A DNA stretch of 64,000 bases from Eledone cirrhosa (taxonomy: Eukaryota), in assembly GCA_964016885.1 (NCBI GenBank), contig OZ024754.1, positions 23,746,001 through 23,810,000 of the forward strand. Reading direction: 5' to 3'. The notes below the pieces were generated by a model, which saw only the letters and a list, made by a program, of their open reading frames with translations, searched no databases and was not told the DNA's origin. This document shows, in pieces, positions 28,964 through 41,999 of the stretch (the first letter of the stretch is position 1; each line of letters begins with the position of its first letter). The translations under genes and the position numbers were made by a program.

Positions 28964-29183
28964 TATGTATATATATATATGTATGTATGTGTATGTATGT
29001 ATATGTATATATATGTATGTATATATATGTATATATATGTATGTGTATGTATGTGTATATATATGTATATGTATATGTATGTATATATATGTATATATAT
29101 ATATATATGTGTATGAATATGTATGTGTATGTGTGTATGTTTATGTATGTGTATATATATATATATGTATGTATATATATGTG

Positions 29184-29214
<31 letters not shown>

Positions 29215-29318
29215 GTATATATATGTGTATATATATATATATATACACATATACATACACACATATATATATACATACATATATATATATATATACATAT
29301 ATATATACATATATATAC

Positions 29319-29351
<33 letters not shown>

Positions 29352-29408
29352 CATATACATATATATATATATACATATACATACATATATATACATATAC
29401 ATATACAC

Positions 29409-29441
<33 letters not shown>

Positions 29442-29470
29442 AATGAAAGGTATATATATATGTTTATGTA

Positions 29471-29555
<85 letters not shown>

Positions 29556-29672
29556 GTATATAGGTATATAGATATATAGATATATATGTATATGTATATA
29601 TATATATAGGTATATATATATATATATAGGTATATAGGTATATATATATATGAATATGTATATATATATAGG

Positions 29673-29707
<35 letters not shown>

Positions 29708-29727
29708 GTATATGTATATATATGTAT

Positions 29728-29761
<34 letters not shown>

Positions 29762-29822
29762 ACATATACCTATATATATACATATATATATACATATACA
29801 TATACCTATATAGATATATATA
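28963..29822. repeat. Degenerate (TA)n/(TATG)n microsatellite
   Basis: Directly visible; similar arrays at 30797-31281, 33840-34990, 38810-39775, 40835-41157, 41348-41900, 52208-52995, 53662-53996 and 56375-57132. Confidence 0.95.
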
Positions 29823-30538
29823 TGATAATAATGGAGCTGCGGCGCTGCAAATGGGTTACATATGAAAAAGTTTGTCCTCATCGGTGGCCATCCAACCGTC
29901 GTAGGCATTTCGTCGCATTAAAGGCCATATATCTCAGGTTGGTGCGAACAACGGCTAAAAAAAAGTCGTTGGGACACGTAAATAAGGGGGACGCTAGGGT
30001 AAACGAACAAAATGGTTTAAGCAGCAGAAAGTAATGAAGAAGAAAACAAGTCCCAGATTTCTATGAATATAAATTCGGTGGAATCGTGAACGAGAGAATA
30101 AAAACCATCAAACCTGGTTGAAATGGGAGCAAGGAAGGAATTTCGCACAGGTCTAACGGGAGGAAGAAGGGGTCTGGTCTGCGAATTCGGTTAACATAAG
30201 TTCTGTGAAGTCTCAGACGAGAGAGAGAGAGAGAAAAAATTCATACCCGCTTGGCCAAGTAACCGCGAGAAAAGGAATACGGACAGGTCAAACGGGAAGA
30301 AAGGGGAGGAGGAGAGGTAGTGACAGAGAGTGAGTGAGTGAAAGGTGAGGAAGAGGCTAACAGAGAGAGAGACTGCTAGAAAGGGTAAAGACACAAAGAA
30401 CAAAACAGACTGGTGGCAGCGGAGGAAAAAATATATGTGTAAATATGATAATAATGGAGCTGCAGCGCTGCAAATGGGTTACATATGAAAAAGTTTGTCC
30501 TCATCAGTGGCCATCCAACCGTCGTAGGCATTTCGTCA
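29820..30538. mobile_element. Unclassified unit bounded by ~95 bp direct repeats (PLE-like layout)
   Basis: 29820-29914 repeated at 30444-30538; flanked by TA arrays. Confidence 0.45.
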
Positions 30539-30557
30539 CATATACATATACATATAC

Positions 30558-30588
<31 letters not shown>

Positions 30589-30597
30589 CATATATAT

Positions 30598-30797
30598 ATA
30601 ACGAAGGAAATGTGGTAAGGAACCAGGTGCACCATAACGCACCAAAGTACTCAATACTTAGGGGAGTAGAGTGGGTAATAGGAACGAGTAGGACCCCACG
30701 GCTGAGCTCAAACCGTTTCGACGGCTAATTCTGGACGCAGAATTAGCCGTCGAAACGGCTTGAGCTCAGTCGTCGGGGTCCTACTCGTTCCTATTAC
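30598..30797. mobile_element. ~200 bp hairpin element (second copy 61299-61501)
   Basis: ~120 bp near-perfect palindrome at 30675-30797 plus unique arm; inverted copy at 61.3 kb. Confidence 0.7.
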
Positions 30798-30843
30798 ATA
30801 TATATATATATACATATATATATATACATATACATATATATAC

Positions 30844-30875
<32 letters not shown>

Positions 30876-30895
30876 ATACATATACATATATATAC

Positions 30896-30927
<32 letters not shown>

Positions 30928-30931
30928 ATAC

Positions 30932-30964
<33 letters not shown>

Positions 30965-31281
30965 CATATATATATACATATACATATATATATATACATA
31001 TATATATATATACATATACATTCATATATATATACACATATATATATATACATATACATATATATACATATATATACATACACATATATATACATATACA
31101 TACATATATATATATACACATATACATATACATATATATACATACACACATACACATACATATACATACACACATATATATATACATATACATATATATA
31201 TATATACACATACATACACATACATACATATATACATATACATACATATACATACATACATATACATATATATATGTACAC

Positions 31282-31811
31282 ATGGTGGCTGCCAACTCGT
31301 TTTCGAGTACGGCCACTACTTTATATCCATGTAGGAGAACCCCTACCGATGCGCTGAACAAGTGTGACTTTTTAGTCCAGCCAGCAACTTGAAAACTCTG
31401 GTACAAACACTACACTTGTGAAAATTACTGACACATAGTGCTGGGCCCATTGTACCCTGTGACGTCAAGTGCAGAGAGATCTCCAGATATAAAGCAATGC
31501 CTGTGCCGTGAAGCTTTTATAGTGAGCAAAGGCACTGCACAAAGCCAGTCCCACTCTCTTAACCCAGATGATATTTACCAAAAAGAAGAACACGTCAACA
31601 TCATTGAATACCATCAGGGTCGCAGCTGCTATATCAGAGTTTTCCTTCTCCTAGAATTCTGCCTTGACAAAGGCTAAGGGGTCATCTCTCCCTGTGATTT
31701 TGGATGGCCATCGACTCCTAAGAGCGCCTTTGCTCTTTGACAGGTTTTGTTTTTAGTCCTGCAAGATGTCCAAAGTCACCCTCCTCACCAAGAAACCTTG
31801 GTGGGGTTGCA
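31282..31811 (-). mobile_element. RTE-derived non-autonomous element, copy 2
   Basis: High identity to 33227-33838. Confidence 0.8.
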
Positions 31812-31980
31812 CATACATACATACCTACATATATACATACATACCTACATATATACATATATATCTACATACCTACATACACACATACATACATACATAT
31901 ATACATACACACATACATACCTACATATATACATACATACACACATACATACATACCTACATATATACATACATACACAC

Positions 31981-32390
31981 ATGGTGGCTGCCAACTCGTT
32001 TTCGAGTACGGCCACTACTTTATATCCATGTAGGAGAACCCCTACCGATGCGCTGAACGAGTGTGACTTTTTAGTCCAGCCAGCGACTTGAAAACTCTGG
32101 TACAAACACTACACTTGCGACAATTATTGACACATAGTGCTGGGCCCATTGTAACCTGTGACGACAAGTGCAGAGAGATCTCCAGATATAAAGCAATGCC
32201 TGTGCCGTGAAGCTTTTATAGTGAGCAAAGGCACTGCACAAAGCCAGTCCCACTCTCTTAACCAAGATGATATTTACCAAAGTGAAGAACAAGTCAACAT
32301 CATTGGATACCATCAGGGTTGCAGGTGTTATATCAGAGTTTTCCTCCTAGAATTCTGCCTTGATAAAGGCTAAGGGGGTCATCTCTCCCT
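31981..32390 (-). mobile_element. RTE-derived non-autonomous element, copy 3
   Basis: 5'-truncated, same 3' end. Confidence 0.8.
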
Positions 32391-32651
32391 ATATATACAT
32401 ACACATACATATTTACATATACACATACACATACATATACACATACATATACACATATACACATATACACAGATACATATATATACACATACATACACAT
32501 ACATACACATACATATACACATACATATACATACATATACATACATACACACACATACATACATACATACATATACATACACATACACATACATATATAT
32601 ATATACATACATACACACATACACATACATATACATATATATATACATACA

Positions 32652-32705
<54 letters not shown>

Positions 32706-32773
32706 CATATATACATACATACATATACACATACATATACACACACATACATATATATATGCATATATATATT

Positions 32774-33109
32774 CATTCATTCATTTCATTTCATTTTTAC
32801 GTCCACTTTTCCCTGCTTGCAAGGGTGGGACGGGAACTGATTCTGGCTTGATCTCCAAAGCTGGATGCCCCTCCTAACACCAACATCATTTACAATGCGT
32901 GCCGGGTGCCTTTTCGCCGTGGCACCTCCACGACCACCTTGCAGTGGAATGATAGGGACCTCAGGCCCTATCATCTCATTTCTACAGCTGAGTAAACTGG
33001 AGCAATATGAAATAAATGTCTTGCTCAAGGAAACAACACACCACCCGGTCTGAGAATTGTACTCACAACCTTTCGATTGCAAGGCCAATGCTCTAACCAC
33101 TAAGCCTCG
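32774..33109 (-). mobile_element. tRNA-derived SINE with CORE-like domain and RTE tail
   Basis: A-box GGCTTAGTGGTTAGAGC, degenerate B-box, TGTTTCCTTGAGCAAGACATTT core; 3' GTCCCACCCTTGCAAGCAGGGAAAAGTGGACGTAAAA matches the RTE tail at 19238-19275. Confidence 0.8.
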
Positions 33110-33226
33110 TACATATACATATATATACATACACACACATATACATATACATACATATATATATACATACATCTGGATACATATACATACAGATACATAT
33201 ACATACATATACATATATATATATAT

Positions 33227-33838
33227 ATGGTGGCTGCCAACTCGTTTTCGAGTACGGCCACTACTTTATATCTATGTAGGAGAACCCCTACCGATGCGCT
33301 GTACAAGTGTGACTTTTTAGGCAGCCAGCGACTTGAAAACTCTGGTACAAACACTACACTTGTGACAATTATTGACACATAATGCTGGGCCCATGGTACC
33401 ATGTGACGACAAGTGCAGAGAGATCTCCAAATATAAAGCAATGCCTGTGCCGTGAAGCTTTTATAGTGAGCAAAGGCACTGCACAAAGCCAGTCCCACTC
33501 TCTTAACCAAGATGATATTTACCAAAAAGAAGAACAAGTCAACATCATTGGATACCATCAGGGTTGCAGGTGTTATATCAGAGTTTTCCTTCTCCTAGAA
33601 TTCTGCCTTGACAAAGGCTAAGGGGTCATCTCTCCCGGTGAATTTGGATGGCCATTAACTCTTAAGAGCTCCTTTGCCCTTTGACAGGTTTTGTTTTTAG
33701 TCCTGCAGGATGTCCAAAGTCACCCTCCTCACCAAGAAACCTTGGTGGGGTTGCCAGTTTAGTCGCCAACGACCCGACCATGAGACAGGTTGTACTGGGA
33801 TACATGTTACCAGTAGCACCAACTGGTGACCTGACCAT
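33227..33838 (-). mobile_element. RTE-derived non-autonomous element, copy 4 (longest, ~610 bp)
   Basis: Structured non-coding 5' part plus RTE-like C-terminal finger and 3' stem-loop. Confidence 0.8.
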
Positions 33839-34789
33839 ACGTATATATATATATATATATACGCATATATATATACATACATACGTATATATATATATAT
33901 ATACATATATACACACATACGCATATATATATATATACACACATACGCACATACATACACATACATACACACGCATATATATATACATACACACACACGC
34001 ATATATATATATATATATATACATGCGTATATATATATATATATACACACACACGTATATATATATATACATATATACATACGCATATATATACACATAC
34101 ACACATACGCACATATATACATATACATATACATACGTATATATATATATATATACATACATACGCATATATATACATATATACATACATACGTATATAT
34201 ATATATATATACACACATACGTATATATATATATATATATATACATACATACGTATATATATATATATATATATACATACATACATACGTATATATATAT
34301 ATACACATACATACGTATATATATATATACACATACATACGTATATATATATATATACACATACATACGTATATATATAGATATACATACATACGCATAT
34401 ATATATATATATATATACATACATACGTATATATATACATACACATACATACGCACACATATATATATATACATACATACGCATACATATACACATATAT
34501 ACACATACACACGCACATACATATATATACATACACACGTATATATACACATACATACATACACACGCATATATATATATATATACACACATACGTATAT
34601 ATATATATATACATACATACGTATATATATATATATACATACATACGCATATATACATATATACATACATACGTATATATATATATATATATACATACAT
34701 ACGTATATACACATATATACATACATACGTACATATATATATATACATACATACATACGTATATATACATATATATATACATACATACG

Positions 34790-34822
<33 letters not shown>

Positions 34823-34990
34823 ATACGCACATATATACATATATATACATACATACGCACACATATATATACACATACATATGTATATACATATATACAC
34901 ACACACACGCATATATATACATATACATACATACGTACACATATATATATACACACACACGTACATATATATATATACATACATACGTAT

Positions 34991-35798
34991 ATGGTGGCTG
35001 CCAACTCGTTTTCGAGTACGGCCACTACTTTATATCTATGTAGGATGACCCCTACCGATGCGCTGAACAAGTGTGACTTTTTAGGCAGCCAGCGACTTGA
35101 AAACTCTGGTACAAACACTACACTTGTGACAATTATTGACACATAATGCTGGGCCCATGCACCATATATATATATACATGGGCACCATATATATATATAC
35201 ATACATATATACATGGTGGCTGCCAACTCGTTTTCGAGTACGGCCACTACTTTATATCCATGTAGGAGAACCCCTACCGATACGCTGAACGAGTGTGATT
35301 TTTAGTCCAGCCAGCGACTTGAAAACTCTGGTACAAACACTACACTTGTGACAATTATTGACACATAGTACTGGGCCCATGGTAACATGTGACGACAAGT
35401 GCAGAGAGATCTCCAGATATAAAGCAATACCTGTGCCATGAAGCTTTTATAGTGAGCAAAGGTTCTGCACAAAGCCAGTCCCACTCGCTTAACCAAGATG
35501 ATATTTACCAAAAAGAAGAACAAGTCAACATCATTGGATACCATCAGGGTTGCAGGTGTTATAACAGAGTTTTCCTTCTCCTAGGATTCTGCCTTGACAA
35601 AGGCTAAGGGGTCATCTCTCCCGATGATTTCGGATGGCCATTGACTCTTAAGAGCTCCTTTGCCCTTTGACAGGTTTTGTTTTTGTCACCCTCCTCACCA
35701 AGAAACCTTGGTGGGGTTGCCAGTTTAGTTACCAGTTTAGACCATGAGACAGGTTGTACTGGGATACATGTTACCAGTAGCACCAACTGGTGACCTGA
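34991..35798 (-). mobile_element. RTE-derived non-autonomous element, copies 5 (34991-35166) and 6 (35212-35798)
   Basis: Same sequence and same 3' terminus. Confidence 0.8.
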
Positions 35799-36168
35799 CA
35801 TACCTACATACACACATACATACCTACATACACACATACATACCTACATACCTACATACACACATACATACCTACATATATACATACATACACACATACC
35901 TACATATATACATACATACACACATACATACATACCTACATATATACACACATACCTACACATACCTACATACATACATACATACATACATACACATAAT
36001 TACATATATACATACATACATACATACATATATGCACACCTACATATATACATACCTACCTACACACATACATACACAGACAAAAGGGTGAAAACTGTTT
36101 AAATTCCAGTTCACCCACACCACCTCAACCCACCGCCATCACCCCCATTCCAGACCTCCAATAACATT

Positions 36169-37259
<1,091 letters not shown>

Positions 37260-37269
37260 ATATATATAT

Positions 37270-38445
37270 ATAATATATAAGAACAAAAGATGGTTAAAAG
37301 AGTTCCATGTATTTTATTATGCGCATTTCAAAAACAAATATCATCATGCAATAATATTTGTGTTTTCATCAGATAAAACAGGAAGACATGATATGAAGGT
37401 TAAAAAACACTTGTGGATAGTGCAGTTTTAAATCAACATATGAAAAGTAGTTTTAGATTGATGTGTGATATTGGGAAAAATATTTTATTTTGAGGGGGGG
37501 TGAAAAAGAGGAGGTGATGAGAGTAAAAAGTGGAGAGGGAGGAGTATAATGAGGAAGGATGAGATAGGAGGAGAGATGGGTGATATAGAGAGAGCGAGAT
37601 AGCTTTTATAACTGAGAAAGATATATTGTTTTACATAGAGAGGTTGAAAACCGTTGGAAGATAATGTATAAATTAAAAGAATTTGAAAATTAACGAAGAG
37701 AAAAATAATGTAAAGTTAAGGTTTGTATATTGAGGGGTTTAATAATATGTGCGATGAAAAGAAAATGTTAATATGTATTAAGAATAATATTTAAGGGTTT
37801 AATAACATGTGCGATGGAAAAGAAAAAGTTAATATGTATTAAGAATGATATTAAGGGTTTAATAATATGTGCGATGGAAAGAAAATGTTGATATGTATTA
37901 TTAAAAGGAATAACAGGTAATTTAAGTAAGGATATATTGTGAGATGAGCATGAATGAGTTAGATGAAAGGGAGAAAAATAATGAATTGAGGATGAATAAT
38001 CTAACGTCAAAAAAATGTTTGTTTACGAAGGATTTTTACAAGGTGATATAGAGTAAGAATGTATTGTATTATGTAATAATTGATTCTATGTTAGGCAACA
38101 GTGAGAAAAGGTACAGATTAAAAGAAAAAGAGAAGAAAGGGAAGTGATAAATAGGAGCGATATAGAATGAGTAACATGTATTATAGAATGTATAATAACC
38201 TTTGAAATAAGGTAGAAAGATGGGTATATTTTTAAAGAAGTGTATATATATATATGTGCCTTTGAGAAAAAGATTCTAAATTGATAAAGAATATTAGCTG
38301 TATACTTTGCGGAATGTTTTGTGGAATTTATGCAAGCAGATAGAAAACAAGTCAGTGCGTCTATTTATTATAGAATCTAAATTAGATATAATGGTAAATT
38401 TTTCATTTAGACAGAGATTGCAAATTTTGGATAGAGAACTGTATA
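37270..38445 (-). mobile_element. Penelope-like element 3' end with terminal repeat
   Basis: YSSLSKICNLCLNEKFTII...INRRTDLFSICLH is a typical PLE C-terminus; hammerhead downstream; ~60 bp tandem repeat at 37730-37900. Confidence 0.7.
37312..37378 (-). ncRNA. Type I hammerhead ribozyme
   Basis: TTTTAT-CTGATGA-AAACACAAATATTAT...ATGATATTTGTTTTT-GAAA-TGCGCA-TA-ATAAAA. Confidence 0.75.
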
Positions 38446-38809
38446 GGAGAAGGAAAACTCTGATGGTGCAACCCTGATGGTAACCAATGATGTTGACTTG
38501 TTCTTCTTTTTGGTAAATATCATCTTGGTTAAGAGAGTGGGACTGGCTCTGTGCAGTGTCTTTGCTCACTATAAAAGCTTCACGGCACAGGCATTGCTTT
38601 ATATCTGGAGATCTCTCTGTTCTTGTCATCACAGGGTACAATGGTCCCCGCACTATGTGTCAATAATTGTCACAAGTGTAGTGTTTGTACCAGAGTTTTC
38701 AAGTCGCTGGCTGGACTAAAAAGTCACACTCGTTCAGCGCATCGGTAGGGGTCATCCTACATGGATATAAAGTAGTGGCCGTACTCGAAAACGAGTTGGC
38801 AGCCACCAT
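38445..38809 (+). mobile_element. RTE-derived non-autonomous element, copy 7
   Basis: Same family, plus orientation. Confidence 0.8.
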
Positions 38810-38824
38810 ATGTATATATATATG

Positions 38825-38877
<53 letters not shown>

Positions 38878-39121
38878 TATATATATATGTTTGTACATGA
38901 ATATGTGTATGTGTATGTATATGTATATGTATGTTTGTGTATGTATATGTATGTGTATATATGTATATGTATGTATATATGTATGTATATGTATATATAT
39001 ATGTGTATATGTATATATGTATATGTATATATGTATATATATATGTATATGTACGTGTGTATGTGTATATATGTATATATGTATATATACATATGTATTT
39101 ATATATATGTATATATATATG

Positions 39122-39156
<35 letters not shown>

Positions 39157-39184
39157 GTATATATATGTGTATGTATATGTATAT

Positions 39185-39216
<32 letters not shown>

Positions 39217-39774
39217 GTATATGTATATATATATATATGTATATATGTATATGTATATATGTATATATGTATATGTATATATGTATATATGTATATATGT
39301 GTATGTATATGTATATGTATGTATGTATATATATATATATGTATGTGTGTATGTATATATATGTGTATATATATATATATTTATATGTATGTAGATGTAT
39401 GTATATATATATATATTTATATGTATGTAGATGTATGTATATATATATATGTATGTATATGTATATATGTATGTATATATATATATGTGTGAATATGTAT
39501 ATATGTATATATATGTATATATATATGTGTGTATATATGTGTGTATATGTATGTATATATGTGTATATGTGTATGTATATGTGTGTATATGTATGTGTAT
39601 GTGTGTGTATATGTATATGTATATATATGTATATATATGTATTTATATATATATGTATATGTATGTATATATATATATGTATTATATATATGTATATATA
39701 TATGTATATATATGTGTATATATATATGTATATGTATGTATATATGTGTGGATATATATATGTATATATATATA

Positions 39775-40405
39775 CGGGCTAACAAATAATAGTTATATGC
39801 AGTCCACTTAGGTGTAGTCCAGTTATGGTATTCCGGGTAGTGGATGATATCAACGCTTGGCTTGGTCTGACTCAACAAAGCGTTTTCATAGTGATGTTGC
39901 GAGTATGCTGTAATTCCTATGTTGTAAACACTTGGAGTAATAATAAATCAGGAAAGAAGATTGACATGGTTTTTAAAAAGGTTTTTAATTTATATAATAC
40001 ACCCTACGACACTCCTTACATGTCAACCTTATACTTCTGCTTCATGTCAGCTATTTTTACACGCCGAAATCTTAGATACACTATACCCCCCACCTAATGT
40101 AATGTCAGGGTCTCCTCAAATATTTTATTACTAGCATTGTTGTAATTGTTGTTATTGTTCTAACTGAATGCCATTACTACTTCATATAGTAGCCTGTATA
40201 TTCCTTTCATGCCTGTATATCCTCTTCATTCTCGCATGCTCCGAAGAACTGACTGGTTATAATTTTGTATTGGCGATCGAGTAACGTGAAAACAAGCGAA
40301 TAGCGATCTCTAGACCTACCAGTTCAGAGAAACAATTGTCAGCAATGAGATTAAAGACCTTTTTTGTATAGCAAACCATGTCAATCTTCTTTCCTGATTT
40401 ATTAT
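39775..40405. mobile_element. PLE-type terminal repeat with partial inversion
   Basis: 39941-39972 inverted at 40373-40404; homologous to 27977-28550. Confidence 0.55.
40237..40344 (+). ncRNA. Hammerhead-like motif, CCGAAGA core, long stem II
   Basis: TGCT-CCGAAGA-ACTGACTGGT...ACCAGTTCAGA-GAAA-CAATTG-TC-AGCA. Confidence 0.6.
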
Positions 40406-40421
40406 GTATATATATATATCT

Positions 40422-40834
40422 TCCGGGAGAGATGACCCCTTAGCCTTTGTCAATGCAGAATTCTAGGAGAAGGAAAACTCTGATATAACACCTGCAACCC
40501 TGATGGTATCCAATGATGTTGACTTGTTCTTCTTTTTGGTAAATATCATCTTGGTTAAGAGAGTGGGACTGGCTCTGTGCAGAGCCTTTGCTCACGATAA
40601 AAGCTTCACGGCACAGGCATTGCTTTATATCTGGAGATCTCTCTGCACTTGTCATCACAGGGTACAATGGGCCCAGCACTATGTGTCAGTAATTGTCACA
40701 AGTGTAGTGTTTGTACCAGAGTTTTCAAGTCGCTGGCTGGACTAAAAAGTCACACTCGTTCAGCGCATCGGTAGGGGTTCGCCTACATGGATATAAAGTA
40801 GTGGCCGTATTCGAAAACGAGTTGGCAGCCAACA
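40422..40834 (+). mobile_element. RTE-derived non-autonomous element, copy 8
   Basis: Same family. Confidence 0.8.
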
Positions 40835-40864
40835 TATGTATGTATACATATATGTATGTATATA

Positions 40865-40959
<95 letters not shown>

Positions 40960-40960
40960 G

Positions 40961-40991
<31 letters not shown>

Positions 40992-41058
40992 GTATATATA
41001 TATATGTATATATATATATATGTGTATATATATGTATATATATGTATATATATATATG

Positions 41059-41146
<88 letters not shown>

Positions 41147-41155
41147 TGTATATAT

Positions 41156-41345
41156 ATTGGTAAAAGGAAAAGAAAATGCTGACAAATTGTTCCCAGTGAA
41201 AAATAGTTTAATTAGGAATAAGTAAAAATTAATAAGTATTGGTTAGTATTCAGTTTTGGTTTTAAGTTTTTACCGGCTGCGCATTTCTAATGCTTTTCAA
41301 AAATAATTTTGAGATAGAGCGCCCGTGATGTTTGCTCTAATCTGT
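41156..41345 (-). mobile_element. Penelope terminal-repeat fragment
   Basis: Homologous to 13530-13710. Confidence 0.7.
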
Positions 41346-41427
<82 letters not shown>

Positions 41428-41470
41428 ATATATGTATATGTATATATATATATGTATATATATGTATATG

Positions 41471-41535
<65 letters not shown>

Positions 41536-41553
41536 GTATATATATATATATGC

Positions 41554-41587
<34 letters not shown>

Positions 41588-41596
41588 GTATATATG

Positions 41597-41627
<31 letters not shown>

Positions 41628-41660
41628 TTATATATGTATATATATGTATATGTATATATG

Positions 41661-41715
<55 letters not shown>

Positions 41716-41999
41716 GTATATATATGTATATGTATTTATATATATGTGTATATATATATATGTGTATATATATATATGTATATATATATATATGTATATA
41801 TATACATATATATATATATGTATATATCTATATGTATATATATATATATGTATATATATACATATATATATATATCTATATATCTATATGTATATATATA
41901 TTCTCTTTTTTTTTTACCTGTTTCAGCCATCCGGCTGAGGCCATGCTGGGGCACCGCCCTTGTTGCTACACATTTTATCTCCATATCTCCAGCCTGTAT

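Noticed and set aside
29870-29942. Hammerhead-like pieces (CCAACC/GGTTGG stem, GAAA, C(C/T)GATGA)
   Set aside because: Core elements cannot be assembled into one fold
31438-31677. Repeated ~79 aa ORF MLGPLYPV...CLDKG as a small gene family
   Set aside because: Antisense frame of the repeated non-autonomous element; start codon variable and no known motif
33040-33109. tRNA gene (also SINE heads near 7190-7270)
   Set aside because: A/B boxes belong to SINE heads; no complete cloverleaf
33721-33838. Possible HDV-like ribozyme at the 5' end of the RTE-derived element
   Set aside because: CCAGT/ACTGG and a CTAA linker are present, but I could not build consistent P1, P3 and L3
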